Assembly: GCA_050331235.1 (NCBI GenBank)
Contig: JBHJHA010000065.1
Location: 1 to 44,986 of the forward strand
From: Leptolyngbyaceae cyanobacterium
GTDB lineage: Bacteria; Cyanobacteriota; Cyanobacteriia; Phormidesmidales; Phormidesmidaceae
Length of the DNA: 44,986 bases
Direction: 5' to 3'
This document shows, piece by piece, positions 19,706-31,027 of the stretch. Both the position numbers and the translations under genes were made by a program. Within the stretch, counting starts at the first letter, position 1. Each line of letters begins with the position of its first letter. The notes below the pieces were generated by a model. The model was not told the DNA's origin. It ran no database searches and saw only the letters and a program-made list of their open reading frames with translations.

Positions 19706-21100
19706 ATGGCAGTTGATTACGACTTGGTAATTCTTGGAGGCACTCCAGAGGGGGTGGTAGCTGCTGCCACTGCTGCACGATATGGGGGCAGAGTTGCCCT
19801 GGTCCTGCAGGGCTTGGATGGTCGGCGATCGCCGCTGCAAATGCAGGGGTTGTTGCGTCAGACGCCATCAGCACTGCCCACCGACAGCAAAACGCTACGG
19901 CCACAGTGGCAATGGCAAAGAGCCCAACAGCAGGCGGAGCTAATCGCAGCGTGCCTGACTGAGGCGGATCAGTCGCAGCTGGCGCTACAGGGTGTTGACA
20001 TTGTTGACGACAGCGGCGAGATTGTGCGCGATCGCCCCCTCACAGTTGCCACATCAGCTCGCCAGCTTACGACTCGGGCCATCCTCATTGCCACGGGTAA
20101 TCGCGCATCGCTACCAGCCCTCAACGGGTTGACAACGCTCCCCTATGAGACGCCGCAAAGCTTACTGCAGCGCGACGAGCTACCCACATCCGTGGCCATC
20201 GTGGGCAGTAGCCCTGCTGGCTTGGCCCTAGCCCAGGGATTACGCCGGTGGCAAATACCCGTGACCCTCATCACGCCCCAGTCCAGTCTGCTTGTGGACG
20301 AAGATCCTGATCTGGCTGACTGGCTATTAGCCGTTCTCCGGGCTCAAGGCGCAGACATCCAACTGGATAGTCGCGTCACCGCTGTCAACTCTGCGGAAAC
20401 TGGGATCATCCTGCATGTGGCCGATAAGCGTCTCACAGCCAGCACCTTAGTCATTGCAGCTCCCCCAGTGCCCAACACCGAGCATCTCGGCCTGACAGTT
20501 TGTATGCCAGCTGAGCGTGGCATACCGGTGAATGCCTATTTACAAACCAAACATCCGCAAATTTATGCCTGTGGATCAGTCATTGGTGGCTATGAGTTGC
20601 CTGCGATCGCTCGCCAAGAAGCTAACTGGGCCGTCCAAAATGCGCTCTTTTGGAAGCGTCAGCGGGTTGACTATACCTGCTTGCCCTATGACCTCCCGAC
20701 CCATCCCCCCATGGCCCGGGTCGGACTGAGCGAACCCCAAGCGCTACGTCGTTACCAACCGGACCAGCTTCTCATTAGTCGTCAACCTCTCCATCACAAT
20801 AGCCAAGCACAGTGGCAAGCTTGCATCACTGGATTTTGTAAACTCATCGCCCACCAAGATGGCCGCATTCTCGGCGCCCATGGGGCTGGGCCGGCAGCCA
20901 ACGAATGGGTACAGACCGTCGCCCTACTCATGGCCAACAAAATCCCCTGGTGGCAACTCGCCCACTTTTCTACCCTGCCAGATAGCCTCACGGACATACT
21001 GAGACAAACGGCTCAAACTTGGGAGCGCGATCGCTGGCAAGTGGGACGCTGGCGGCGTGACTGGGCTGAGAACTGGTGTAACTGGCGTCGCAGTCGCTAA
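19706..21100 (+). CDS. Pyridine nucleotide-disulfide oxidoreductase-like protein (LpdA/MerA-like fold), degenerate active site
   Basis: DYDLVILGG, ILIATG, VNAYLQT..PQIYACG, P.MARVGLSE, G.ILGAH; no CxxxxC. Confidence 0.85.
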   Translation: MAVDYDLVILGGTPEGVVAAATAARYGGRVALVLQGLDGRRSPLQMQGLLRQTPSALPTDSKTLRPQWQWQRAQQQAELIAACLTEADQSQLALQGVDIVDDSGEIVRDRPLTVATSARQLTTRAILIATGNRASLPALNGLTTLPYETPQSLLQRDELPTSVAIVGSSPAGLALAQGLRRWQIPVTLITPQSSLLVDEDPDLADWLLAVLRAQGADIQLDSRVTAVNSAETGIILHVADKRLTASTLVIAAPPVPNTEHLGLTVCMPAERGIPVNAYLQTKHPQIYACGSVIGGYELPAIARQEANWAVQNALFWKRQRVDYTCLPYDLPTHPPMARVGLSEPQALRRYQPDQLLISRQPLHHNSQAQWQACITGFCKLIAHQDGRILGAHGAGPAANEWVQTVALLMANKIPWWQLAHFSTLPDSLTDILRQTAQTWERDRWQVGRWRRDWAENWCNWRRSR

Positions 21101-21203
21101 TCAAACCGCCCGCAGGCTACTGACAAACTTGTCCACTAGAAGAATTCCATCCAGCCACTTTATTTTGCTGGCATATTGGAATGGATGCTTTCTTAGTTGA
21201 GCC

Positions 21204-22049
21204 ATGGCGACTTCCCAACTCCACCGCACCGCTATCCTAAAGGCCCTGGGGCGTCTCATTGATGTTGTGGCTGACCTCCGTGATCCTCAAGCGGGTTGCC
21301 CGTGGGACCTCCATCAAACCCATCAAACCCTGATACCCTACGCGATTGAAGAAGCCTACGAGGTCGTAGATGCGATTCAAACAGGGGACTCAGCGCATAT
21401 TGCTGAGGAACTTGGCGATTTGCTCCTGCAAGTTGTTCTCCATGCCCAAGTCGCTCAAGACGAAGGAACCTTCGATTTGCAGGTAGTCGCCGATGGCATC
21501 GCAGATAAACTCATTCGTCGCCATCCCCATGTCTTTGGCGATATCCAAACGGACGATTTAGAAGAGATTCACCGCAATTGGGAACAAATTAAGGCGGCCG
21601 AAAAAGGCGAGTCTCTCGACGCTAATCAATTAGCACCTCAGCTCCACAAATATCGCCGGACCTTACCCCCTTTGATGGCCGCCACTAAAATTTCTCAAAA
21701 AGCAGCCAAAGCCGGATTTGAATGGGAAACGGTCGACGGTGTTTGGGATAAGTTCCATGAGGAGCTCGGTGAACTGCGCGCGGCGATCGCCCACGAACCG
21801 GTGGAAAACCAACTCGCAGAACTCGGCGATCTACTGTTCACTCTGGTCAACATCGCTCGATGGCATGGGTTGGACGCCGCCGAGGCCTTGCAAAGCACTA
21901 ATCGCCGCTTTGTCCAACGATTTGAGCAAGTAGAGGCCTACGCTGAACGGCCTCTAGCCAACTACTCCCTAGAAGAGCTGGAAAGTTTTTGGCAGCAAGC
22001 CAAAGCGTCGCTTCAGAAGGACAAAACTTCCTCGGAACAAGACCGCTAG
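21204..22049 (+). CDS. mazG: Nucleoside triphosphate pyrophosphohydrolase MazG
   Basis: GCPWD..QT, EEAYEV, EELGDLLLQV, KLIRRHPHVF and second MazG domain ELGDLLF. Confidence 0.96.
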   Translation: MATSQLHRTAILKALGRLIDVVADLRDPQAGCPWDLHQTHQTLIPYAIEEAYEVVDAIQTGDSAHIAEELGDLLLQVVLHAQVAQDEGTFDLQVVADGIADKLIRRHPHVFGDIQTDDLEEIHRNWEQIKAAEKGESLDANQLAPQLHKYRRTLPPLMAATKISQKAAKAGFEWETVDGVWDKFHEELGELRAAIAHEPVENQLAELGDLLFTLVNIARWHGLDAAEALQSTNRRFVQRFEQVEAYAERPLANYSLEELESFWQQAKASLQKDKTSSEQDR

Positions 22050-22052
22050 ACT

Positions 22053-23978
22053 CTACGGTTTCGCAAATTCGCCAGGACTACGGAAGTTTTCTACAGGCAC
22101 ATCGGCCAGTGCTCGCTGCATAAAATCACGCCAGATTGGGGCCACATAGGTGCCGCCGGTAGCCCCCGACCCCATCGGAGCATAGTTATCATTACCAACC
22201 CAGACTGCCGTGGCTAGCTGCGGCACATAGCCAACAAACCAGACATCTCGCTGGGAATCCGTAGTGCCAGTTTTACCTGCTGCCGGACGACCGATTTGCG
22301 CTGCCGTGCCGGTACCTCGAGCAATTACCCCTTGGAGTACATCCGTCAGCGCTGCCGTCGCCCACGGATCAAGAATGAGTTGAGGTTTGGGCGTATTGTC
22401 CAGCAGCACATTACCGTTACTGTCTGTCACCTGAACGATAAAGGTCGGGTCAGAGTGCCAGCCATTGCTCGCAAAGGTGGCGTAGGCTCCAGCCATTTCC
22501 ATCGGGGTCAGATCTACAGCCCCCAACGGCAACGAAGTTACCGGTTCCATCGGACTTTCGATACCAAGCAACCGGCAGATCTCGATAATGCGATCAACCC
22601 CTACTGACTGTCCTAGCCTGACCGCTGGTACATTGCGCGACAGCTCCAAAGCCTTACGAATGGGAATGTTGCCCATGAAGCTGCCATCGTAGTTGCGAGG
22701 GCTGTAATACTCATATCCGTCAGCGTAGCTAGCCGGCGTATCTTGGATAATGGAGTCTGGGGTGTAGCGCCCAGAGGCAAAGGCTGCGTAATACACGAAA
22801 GGTTTGAACGAAGATCCCGGCTGTCGCTGCGCCTGCACCGCTCGGTTAAACTGACTGTCGTCGTAGTTGACTCCTCCTACCATCGCTTTGACAAAATGGG
22901 TGCGCGGATCAATCGCCACCAACGCCATCTGGTCCGCTCGGATACCGCGAGCTTGCATCGACTGAAAGTTTCGCTGTACTGTCTCCTCAGCCATCCGCTG
23001 CATTTCCAGAGCCACCGTTGTTTGGACTCGCATGCCGCCTTTGACCACCGCATCATTACCAAAGATTTCTTTGAGCTCCTGAACGACGGCCTCCGTCACA
23101 TAGGGGGCTTCGCTGGTGCGAAAGGAGGTGACCTCGCCGACTAATAGGGGCTGAGCTCGGGCCTGCTCTTCTTCTTCAGGGGTAATCCATCCGAGTTGGC
23201 GCATCCGCCCTAACACCGTTGCTTGGCGCTGCTTGGCTAGGGGATAATCCACAAATGGACTAAATCCCTCCGGGGCCTGAATCAGGCCTGCCATCATGGA
23301 AGCTTCAGCCAAGGTCAAGTCTTTCGCCGACTTGTTGAAATAACTCTGTGATGCCGTCTCTACCCCGTAGGTATTGTGTCCCCAGTAGACCTGATTCAAA
23401 TACATTTCCAAAATCTGGTCTTTTTCAAAAATTTGCTCTAGCCGCATTGACAGTACTGCTTCGGCAACCTTACGGCTAATGGCTCGCTCCGGCGTCAGAA
23501 ATAGGTTTTTCACCAACTGCATCGTGATGGTGGAGCCGCCTTCTACCGTCGAACCGGCTTGCACGTTGGCCAGCAGTGCCCGGCCAACGCTACTTGGGTT
23601 AATACCACGGTGGGAGTAAAAATAGCTGTCCTCGATCGCCATCACAGCTCGCTTCAAATGTGGCGACACTTCGTTGAGATCAACCACCTCGCGATTGGCT
23701 TCATCGTGCAGGCTGTAGAGCAAGGTGCCTTCAATGTCGTAAATGTAGCTCGTCTCACTAGGCAGGTAATTACGGAGCACGCGCACATCGGGCAAGTTGC
23801 GAAAGCTGATTGCCAACCCCACTAAACCACCCGCGGCTACGGAGCTAACCAGCATCGTTGTACCGAGCAGGGTAGCCACCGTGATTTGGCCCACATCTTG
23901 CACAAACTTGATCACCCCCCCTGCCAATGGGGTCGAACGAGGTGCAGCAGGCTGTTTTGGAAAAGTGTTAGTCGACAC
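22053..23978 (-). CDS. Class A penicillin-binding protein (PBP1A family)
   Basis: Transglycosylase ED..F..H.G and GGSTITMQL; transpeptidase SSFK, SRN, KTG. Confidence 0.96.
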   Translation of the reverse strand: MSTNTFPKQPAAPRSTPLAGGVIKFVQDVGQITVATLLGTTMLVSSVAAGGLVGLAISFRNLPDVRVLRNYLPSETSYIYDIEGTLLYSLHDEANREVVDLNEVSPHLKRAVMAIEDSYFYSHRGINPSSVGRALLANVQAGSTVEGGSTITMQLVKNLFLTPERAISRKVAEAVLSMRLEQIFEKDQILEMYLNQVYWGHNTYGVETASQSYFNKSAKDLTLAEASMMAGLIQAPEGFSPFVDYPLAKQRQATVLGRMRQLGWITPEEEEQARAQPLLVGEVTSFRTSEAPYVTEAVVQELKEIFGNDAVVKGGMRVQTTVALEMQRMAEETVQRNFQSMQARGIRADQMALVAIDPRTHFVKAMVGGVNYDDSQFNRAVQAQRQPGSSFKPFVYYAAFASGRYTPDSIIQDTPASYADGYEYYSPRNYDGSFMGNIPIRKALELSRNVPAVRLGQSVGVDRIIEICRLLGIESPMEPVTSLPLGAVDLTPMEMAGAYATFASNGWHSDPTFIVQVTDSNGNVLLDNTPKPQLILDPWATAALTDVLQGVIARGTGTAAQIGRPAAGKTGTTDSQRDVWFVGYVPQLATAVWVGNDNYAPMGSGATGGTYVAPIWRDFMQRALADVPVENFRSPGEFAKP

Positions 23979-24210
23979 AGTTACCCAGATGTTTACGATA
24001 TAGGGTTCTAAATAGTTCGGAGTTTTGTAATTATAGAAGTCTCATCTCAAAAGGGGCGAAAAATCCCTCTTTTGGCAACAGGATAAAGCACTCCAACGAA
24101 CCAGTGTCAATTGTGTTGGGTTCTTTAAAGGTGTCGGCGCAACCTGACGACCATTCCCAGGCCCGATGAGAACTCATTCGAATAACTGATACAGGAAACC
24201 GAGAGCAGTT

Positions 24211-25425
24211 ATGGTGCAAGATGCGGACGATTTGCAGTGGATTTATCGGGGCGTCACCGAAGTCTTTCCGGATCATCCCGACGCGGACAACGCTCAGGAA
24301 AATCTTCGGGTACGCTTGCAGCAGAGCGATCGCCCGCTGCGGGTCAAACTCGGCATCGACCCCACCGGAGCTGAGATTCATTTAGGCCATAGCATTCCCG
24401 TGCGAAAGCTGCGGGCTTTCCAGGATGCGGGGCACACGGCGGTGCTCATCATTGGCGACTTCACCGCCCGGATTGGCGATCCGACGGGTAAATCAGAAGT
24501 GCGCAAACAGTTGTCCGAGGCCGACGTCAAAGCTAATGCAGCGACCTACCTGGAGCAAGTCAAACCAATTTTGGATTTTGAAACACCAGGTCGTTTAGAG
24601 ATTCGCTATAACTCTGAGTGGTTGTCAGAGCTCGACCTAGGCAAAATTCTAGAATTGTTTGCCACCATGACTGTGGGCCAGATGCTGGCCAAAGAAGGTT
24701 TTGCCGAAAGGTATGAGAAGGGCACGCCGGTGTTTTTGCATGAGTTCTTTTATCCGCTCATGCAAGGGTATGACTCGGTGGCGGTGCAAGCCGACATTGA
24801 GCTCGGCGGCACTGACCAAAAATTCAATATTGCTGTCGGACGCGATTTGCAACGCCACTTTGGGCGATCGCCACAGTTCGGCATGTTACTACCGCTGCTA
24901 TTGGGGACCGACGGCGCGCAAAAAATGTCCAAATCCCTGGGCAACTATGTCGGCCTACAGGAGGATCCGCTGACGATGTACTCAAAGTTGGAGAAAACTC
25001 CCGATGCCCTTATCAACGACTATTTTGAACTGCTCACCCAATTGCCGTTGAACGAACTGCCAGAAAATCCCCGCGATCGCCAAAAACTTTTAGCCCTAGA
25101 AGTCACTCAGCAGTTTCACGGTCAGTCTGCGGCCGAACAGGCCCAGCAAGATGCCATCAATTTGGTCCAGGGTGGCGGCGAAGCCGAAAGCGTTCCCGAG
25201 TTCTCTTTGCAAACCATCAACTTTCCTGCAAAGGCGTTTTATTTGCTCGGTGCCACACCGCTCTGCGCCAGTAGCAGCGATGCCCGACGGCAAATTCAAG
25301 GGGGAGCGGTCAAGCTCGAGGGCGATCGCGTTGCCGACCCCAACACCCTGTTCGAGCAGCCTAGCGATTTAGCTGGAAAAGTCCTCCAAGTCGGCAAGAA
25401 AAAGTTTATCCGCTTAGTGGAATAG
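24211..25425 (+). CDS. tyrS: Tyrosine--tRNA ligase
   Basis: GIDPT..IHLGH, GGTDQ, KMSKS and C-terminal S4 domain. Confidence 0.98.
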   Translation: MVQDADDLQWIYRGVTEVFPDHPDADNAQENLRVRLQQSDRPLRVKLGIDPTGAEIHLGHSIPVRKLRAFQDAGHTAVLIIGDFTARIGDPTGKSEVRKQLSEADVKANAATYLEQVKPILDFETPGRLEIRYNSEWLSELDLGKILELFATMTVGQMLAKEGFAERYEKGTPVFLHEFFYPLMQGYDSVAVQADIELGGTDQKFNIAVGRDLQRHFGRSPQFGMLLPLLLGTDGAQKMSKSLGNYVGLQEDPLTMYSKLEKTPDALINDYFELLTQLPLNELPENPRDRQKLLALEVTQQFHGQSAAEQAQQDAINLVQGGGEAESVPEFSLQTINFPAKAFYLLGATPLCASSSDARRQIQGGAVKLEGDRVADPNTLFEQPSDLAGKVLQVGKKKFIRLVE

Positions 25426-25633
25426 CTGCCGGTTTAAGACCGCGATTACGACACCGCTCCCCGGCTGTAAAGTACCAAGCAAACGGCCTTTACAGCGATC
25501 GCAAACCGGCTCACCGTTCATTGCGCCAGTTGCTTCATTACAATCGTTGCGACTGGTCTGGGAGGCCTGGAACTCGGCCCCTGAGTACTCATCCAGCCCG
25601 ATCACCATTGCCCTTAGTCAAGGAGGATTGACC

Positions 25634-26356
25634 ATGTCAACCCCGGCCAAACGCATCATCGTACCGCTGGATGTATCGGACCTGTCAACGGCCCGTGACT
25701 TAGTTGACCAAGTTCCCCAAGTTACGTTTTGGAAAGTTGGGTTAGAACTTTTTGTTAGTAGCGGACCAGAGATTTTGAGCTACTTAAAAGGTCATGGCAA
25801 GCGGATTTTTCTCGACTTAAAATTTCACGACATTCCCAATACGATGGCGGCAGTGTGTCGAGCCGCTGGACGCTATGGGGTCGATTTAATCACGGTTCAC
25901 GCTACTGCTGGACTACCCGCCTTGCAAGCAGCCCAGAGCGGGGCTCAGGAGGGGGCTGCCGTCGCCAATGTTGAGCCTCCTAAGCTGATTGCGGTGACGT
26001 TATTGACGAGCATCGATGGGCGATCGCTGGCCTATGACCTCAAGATTCCCCTTGAGCTTTCCGACTATGCCCTACAGATGGGGTTGCTCTCTCAGCGAGC
26101 AGGCCTCGCTGGCAGTGTCTGCTCCCCCCAAGAAGCGGCCCTACTAAGACGCTGCTGTGGCGAAGATTGGTTGCTTATTTGCCCCGGAGTGAGACCACAA
26201 TGGTTCCAAAAGGGAGACCAACGGCGAGTCATGACACCTGGAGCCGCGATCGCGGCTGGAGCAGATTACCTTGTCATTGGTCGACCGATTACCCAGGCCA
26301 GCAATCCAGGAGAAGCATTTGAGCAAATCTGTCACGAGCTCAGCGACATGCTCTAA
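25634..26356 (+). CDS. pyrF: Orotidine-5'-phosphate decarboxylase
   Basis: [40 protein letters not shown] before ATG 25634. Confidence 0.98.
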   Translation: MSTPAKRIIVPLDVSDLSTARDLVDQVPQVTFWKVGLELFVSSGPEILSYLKGHGKRIFLDLKFHDIPNTMAAVCRAAGRYGVDLITVHATAGLPALQAAQSGAQEGAAVANVEPPKLIAVTLLTSIDGRSLAYDLKIPLELSDYALQMGLLSQRAGLAGSVCSPQEAALLRRCCGEDWLLICPGVRPQWFQKGDQRRVMTPGAAIAAGADYLVIGRPITQASNPGEAFEQICHELSDML

Positions 26357-26561
26357 AGAAAAATCGAATTTGGTGCAGGCCTATGATCCTAAGCACCCAC
26401 GACTTAAACAGCACGCTCAAATCAGCGAGCATGTCTGTTGCCGTATACCTTTTACCAGGCTAAGGAAGCGTGCTTAAAAGGAACAGAAACAGGAATTCCA
26501 ATGACAATGCTTCAAGATTACACATAGTGCTGGAACTCCTGTAAAACTCAGTATTAGTCCA

Positions 26562-26753
26562 CTAGCTCTGGCGCCGAAAACGTCTTCGCTGTCGGCGTCT
26601 GGCCACTTCTTTACGCTTACGCTTTTCAGCCGGTGTTTCAAAGTGTCGCTTTTTTTTCATATCAGCGAAAATACCAGCACTCGAAACTTTGCGCTTAAAT
26701 CGTCGCAGTGCGGACTCTAAATGTTCGTGTTCACCAAGTACCACTTGGGCCAT
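26562..26753 (-). CDS. rpsU: 30S ribosomal protein S21
   Basis: [40 protein letters not shown]. Confidence 0.97.
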   Translation of the reverse strand: MAQVVLGEHEHLESALRRFKRKVSSAGIFADMKKKRHFETPAEKRKRKEVARRRQRRRFRRQS

Positions 26754-26795
26754 ACAGTTGCCTCCTAACATCAAAGTTTTTAAAAGAACAAGAAT

Positions 26796-26824
26796 GAGGA
26801 CAGAGGATAAAATCCCCTGTCCTC
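26796..26824 (-). terminator. Stem-loop with U-rich tail between rbpA and rpsU
   Basis: mRNA GAGGACAGGGGA-UUUUA-UCCUCUGUCCUC followed by AUUCUUGUUCUUU. Confidence 0.65.
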
Positions 26825-26872
26825 TGGCGGTTTGGGAATTTGAGCAGCGTTGACAGTTAGTCGCTAACGGTT

Positions 26873-27187
26873 CTAGTAACCGCCGCGACCACCGCCGCCA
26901 CTATTCCAGCCACCTCGGCCACCACCGCCTGAGGGTTTGCGCTCAGTGCGAGGACGAGCTTTGTTCACCTTTAGGGTGCGACCCATCCATTCAGCACCAT
27001 CGAGATCTTCGATAGCAGCGTCTTCCTCTTTATCATCAGACATTTCCACAAACGCAAAACCTCTCATACGACCGGTTTCGCGATCTGTGGGTACCTGAAT
27101 CCTCTTAACGCTACCGTACTCTTTGAAAACTTCATTGAGATCATCTTCGGTGGCGCTGTAGGAAAGATTCCCTACATAAACGGTCAT
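26873..27187 (-). CDS. rbpA: RRM RNA-binding protein with glycine-rich C-terminus
   Basis: RNP2 VYVGNL, RNP1 RGFAFVEM, Gly-rich tail; upstream of rpsU as in the cold-induced rbpA1-rpsU operon. Confidence 0.9.
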   Translation of the reverse strand: MTVYVGNLSYSATEDDLNEVFKEYGSVKRIQVPTDRETGRMRGFAFVEMSDDKEEDAAIEDLDGAEWMGRTLKVNKARPRTERKPSGGGGRGGWNSGGGGRGGY

Positions 27188-27321
27188 AGCTTACCTCGCA
27201 AGCAAAATAGTAGACAGATTGAATCGGATACGGGGGTAAGCTATCGAACAAGAAGCTAGAGAACGAAATCCCAAAACTAGCGAACACTCAGCCACCGAAA
27301 CCAAGACTAGTCTACATTATA
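27186..27321 (-). promoter_or_regulatory. rbpA -10 box and structured 5' leader
   Basis: TATAAT at 27316-27321; TTCGGTGG at 27292-27299; perfect 10-bp inverted repeat 27186-27195 / 27235-27244. Confidence 0.6.
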
Positions 27322-27525
27322 TCGTCAAGTCCCTTATTGCCAGTGCCCAAAAACGACCATAACGAGCACGGAGAAAGGGTTTTGAGGTTTTTCGGCAAGT
27401 TTATACTTTAGCGGCAGCGATACAAAATGTATTGAACCAATGATTGAAATTGCGCGTAGACTTTACGAACTTTGACAATCAGCCCGCCGGGCAGAGAGCG
27501 TGAGGCATTGACCTCACAAGGATGA

Positions 27526-28602
27526 TCATCTGGACGATGCGATAGTTTTGCGAATGAGGTCAGCCAACTGCTCCGCACTATCTAGAATCGCCAGGCTACC
27601 TGCCGCTTGAGCCATCTCAGCTCGCCGTTCAGGATTATGGATCAGTTTGAGAACCATTATTTCTAGCAATTCACCCGTCAAGTCCGCTTGGCGACACACC
27701 ATTGCCGCGTTAGCTGCAGCAAAGGCTGCCGCGTTGTAGGCCTGATGGTCTTCAGCGGCAAAGGGATAGGGAATCAAGACTGAGGGCGTGTGGGTAAACG
27801 CGAGCTCTGTCAGCGTGCCAGCTCCAGCTCGACTAATGACCACATCCGCACGACAAAAGAGCGGGGCCATCGAGTCAAAAAAGGCTTGATGAACGTAGTG
27901 AGCATGGTGCAGGCTAGCAGCGTCTGGATCATTATTTCCTGTCTGATGCACCACCCAGGCACCGGCCTCAAACCACGCCGGCGCAGCAGCTCTTACTAAT
28001 TGATTGACCGCCACTGCACCTTGGCTACCCCCTACGACCAAAATAACCGGCGCATCTTCCGGAAGGTCAAAGTTGAGTGACGATGATGTTGGCGTCAAAA
28101 ACTGCGATCGCACGGGCGTTCCCACCACGATGCTATTAGCCTTGGGTAGATGGGTAGTCGCGGCCTCAAACCCTAAAGCAACGAGGGAACACCACGGGCT
28201 TAACCATCGAGTCACTTTACCTGGCAAGGCGTTGGCCTCGTGCAGCACTGTCGGTAAACCCAATGATCGCGCTGCCAAAATTACTGGCGCGGCAATGTAG
28301 CCACCCGTGGTAAAGACCCCATCAAAGCGACCCTGCTGGAGCAATCGCCGCACCTGTAGAGTCGTCTTCAGCACTTGGCTCAACAGCCGCACAGACCCGA
28401 GACCTAACCGGCCTTGAAAGCCACCTAAGCGCACCGTATGCAACGGATAGGCAACAGGTACCAGCTCTGTTTCCAGGCGATCGGGCACGCCTAACCACTC
28501 AATGGCATAGTCTGGCAACTGCTCAGCGGTGGCGATCGCAGGAAAGAGATGTCCTCCGGTACCACTGGCAGCAATTAAGAGTTTTTTGGCGGTCTCCGAC
28601 AC
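27526..28602 (-). CDS. murG: Undecaprenyl-PP-MurNAc-pentapeptide GlcNAc transferase
   Basis: GTGGHLFPA, GGY, HEAN..PG, GGSQGA, SRAGA.T..E, DHQ..NA. Confidence 0.98.
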   Translation of the reverse strand: MSETAKKLLIAASGTGGHLFPAIATAEQLPDYAIEWLGVPDRLETELVPVAYPLHTVRLGGFQGRLGLGSVRLLSQVLKTTLQVRRLLQQGRFDGVFTTGGYIAAPVILAARSLGLPTVLHEANALPGKVTRWLSPWCSLVALGFEAATTHLPKANSIVVGTPVRSQFLTPTSSSLNFDLPEDAPVILVVGGSQGAVAVNQLVRAAAPAWFEAGAWVVHQTGNNDPDAASLHHAHYVHQAFFDSMAPLFCRADVVISRAGAGTLTELAFTHTPSVLIPYPFAAEDHQAYNAAAFAAANAAMVCRQADLTGELLEIMVLKLIHNPERRAEMAQAAGSLAILDSAEQLADLIRKTIASSR

Positions 28603-28720
28603 AACAACACTCTCTTGAGACAGGTATTAGCGCTTACTTGCCCTCATCCTACTTTGATCGTTCCACAGTGACGCGCTGAATTCTCCTGCTTCCCTTTAGA
28701 GGCTTTGACCTCGCTGTCAC

Positions 28721-28773
28721 CGCACTTAACGCAATCGGCGCACTTAACGCAATCGGCGCAGCGCAGCGCAGCG
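28721..28773. repeat. Tandem repeats: 18-mer x2, then CGCAG x3
   Basis: CGCACTTAACGCAATCGG at 28721 and 28739; CGCAG x3 from 28757. Confidence 0.9.
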
Positions 28774-28824
28774 TCTGCATCTATAGCGTCCCAGAAGACA
28801 GCCCCAACGATCATCAACTGGACC

Positions 28825-29154
28825 TTATTGAGCTGTTTCTAAAGAAGCCAGGGGATCAGGCAATGTCGCTGTAGGCGCTTTGAATTCTCCTGTGATGACA
28901 TATTCCATCCGCAGCTTGAGCCATGTGATCAATGTTTTATCCGTAGAGATCACGGCAGCAGCTGGCTGAGGGCAGCGCTTTTTGATGTCGCCGAAGCCTT
29001 CGCTTTCCAGGAAAGCCGGCTGCTTGATCAACCAAAAATCGATTTCTTTTTCTTGTTCTTGGTAATGGCGTCGCCGCTCTTTAAGCACTTCCTCTAGGGG
29101 CTCTTCTTCGAACAAAAACTGTTGGCTAGCAGCGAGATAGTAGTAGGTCTGCAT
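28825..29154 (-). CDS. ycf54: MgPME cyclase auxiliary protein Ycf54
   Basis: TYYY.AAS..FL.EEEPLEEVL.ER...Y....KEIDFW...QPAFL...ITWLKLR. Confidence 0.95.
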   Translation of the reverse strand: MQTYYYLAASQQFLFEEEPLEEVLKERRRHYQEQEKEIDFWLIKQPAFLESEGFGDIKKRCPQPAAAVISTDKTLITWLKLRMEYVITGEFKAPTATLPDPLASLETAQ

Positions 29155-29323
29155 ATAGGTGGATATCAAAGCAATCTAAATCAAAATTCTCTCATAGAAG
29201 GCTGATGACCATGTAGCCTCTCAGCGTAAAGTGATGTGAAGCAATCACTACCAAAGCTCTCAGACATCTCAAGAGCTCTCTGTCAGTAACCCGCTTGCGG
29301 AATTCGAGGAGTCCTCCCGAGCG

Positions 29324-30046
29324 TTAATATACGCCTCGCATCACCTGCTTCATTTCACGGACGGCTCGCTCCATGCCGACTAATGAAGCACGGCTAATAA
29401 TGGTGTGGCCGATGTTGAGTTCTTCCATGCCTTCAATCTTGGCAACTAGATAAGTGTTTTGATAAGTCAGGCCATGGCCGGCATTGACCCGAAGTCCGGC
29501 GGCGATAGCTTCTTTAGTGCCTACGGTGAGGTAGCTCAGCTCTTCGGTTTGTTCGGCCTCACCCTGGGCTTCGGCATAGCGTCCAGTGTGCAGCTCAACA
29601 AATTTTGCCCCCGTTTTTTTGGCAGCCGCAATTTGCTCGGGCTCTGCATTGATGAATAAACTCACCGGCATACCGGCATTCTGTAAGGTGGAGACCACCT
29701 GAGCGATGCGATCGCACTGACCCGCCACATCAAGGCCACCTTCGGTAGTGACTTCTTCCCGTTTTTCAGGCACCAAGGTGACATAATCGGGCTTGATATC
29801 GAGGGCAATGTTCACCATCTCGGGAGTCGCCGCCATTTCCAGATTGAGGTGGGTCCGTACAGTTTGTCGCAGCAGCCGCACGTCCTGTTCCTGAATGTGG
29901 CGGCGATCCTCCCGTAGGTGCACTGTGATGCCATCGGCACCCGCTAGCTCAGCAAGCACCGCCGCCGCCACCGGATCAGGCTCAACAGTACGGCGCGCTT
30001 GGCGAATGGTCGCAATGTGATCAATGTTGACACCCAGGGTCGGCAC
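29324..30046 (-). CDS. pdxJ: Pyridoxine 5'-phosphate synthase
   Basis: [43 protein letters not shown]. Confidence 0.98.
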   Translation of the reverse strand: MPTLGVNIDHIATIRQARRTVEPDPVAAAVLAELAGADGITVHLREDRRHIQEQDVRLLRQTVRTHLNLEMAATPEMVNIALDIKPDYVTLVPEKREEVTTEGGLDVAGQCDRIAQVVSTLQNAGMPVSLFINAEPEQIAAAKKTGAKFVELHTGRYAEAQGEAEQTEELSYLTVGTKEAIAAGLRVNAGHGLTYQNTYLVAKIEGMEELNIGHTIISRASLVGMERAVREMKQVMRGVY

Positions 30047-30109
30047 TGGTCATCTCCCCGCTTGGATTACGCCTTTGATTGTAGTGAGAAATTGACTGAT
30101 TCAGTCAGG

Positions 30110-31027
30110 TTAGGGGGCCTCACCCGCATGATAGGAGCTACGGACGAGTGGCCCCGAGCGGACATGGGAAAATCCCAGCGATCGCGCAATTTCGCCGAGG
30201 TGGCCAAACTCCGCTGGCGTCCAGTATTTTTGCACTGGCAAATGAGCCAACGACGGTCGCATGTATTGGCCTAACGTCACGCGATCGCAATCCACCGCTC
30301 GCAAATCCTTCAGGGTCTCGATGATTTCAGCCTCCGTTTCACCGTGGCCTAACATCAGCCCCGACTTAGTCGGAATCCTTGTGTCCAGGGCTTTCACCGC
30401 CTGCAGGACTGCTAACGAGCGGTCATAGCGCCCCCCCCGCCGTACCGGCCCCTGCAGCCGCCGCACAGTTTCCACGTTGTGGTTATAACAGTCAGGTTGT
30501 GCCCGCGCCACGGTTTGCACCCGCTGTTGCTGTTGCTCTACAGCCGCTTCGCCACCCCAAAAATCGGGGGTCAGCACCTCAATTTGCGTCTGCGGGTTAC
30601 GATCACGAATCGCCATCATGGTTTTGACAAACCAACCCGCCCCTTTATCCACAAGGTCATCCCGCGCCACCGACGTCAAAACCACATATTTCAGACCCAG
30701 CAACGATACCGAATCAGCGACTTTCTCCGGTTCCTGGGCATCCAACGGCACGGGCACATGTCCCTTGTCCACTTGGCAAAATGCACATGACCGGGTACAA
30801 GTCGGGCCCATCAGCAAAAAAGTCGCTGTCTTATTGCCATAACATTCCCCCCGATTAGGACATCGGCCCTCTTCACAAATCGTGTGAATGCCTCGCTGCT
30901 TGATAATGCGCTGCACCGTCGACAGGTCGCTGGCTCGGCCAATTGACGGTCGTAACCAGGGAGGCAAATTAATCAGTTCAGAAGTCGCCTGAGACATTGA
31001 GCTTAGGTGGGATGGAATCGTTTTCAA
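30110..31027 (-). CDS. lipA: Lipoyl synthase (true start may be ATG 30997)
   Basis: [20 protein letters not shown] radical-SAM motif, C-terminal RSSY. Confidence 0.97.
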   Translation of the reverse strand: MKTIPSHLSSMSQATSELINLPPWLRPSIGRASDLSTVQRIIKQRGIHTICEEGRCPNRGECYGNKTATFLLMGPTCTRSCAFCQVDKGHVPVPLDAQEPEKVADSVSLLGLKYVVLTSVARDDLVDKGAGWFVKTMMAIRDRNPQTQIEVLTPDFWGGEAAVEQQQQRVQTVARAQPDCYNHNVETVRRLQGPVRRGGRYDRSLAVLQAVKALDTRIPTKSGLMLGHGETEAEIIETLKDLRAVDCDRVTLGQYMRPSLAHLPVQKYWTPAEFGHLGEIARSLGFSHVRSGPLVRSSYHAGEAP

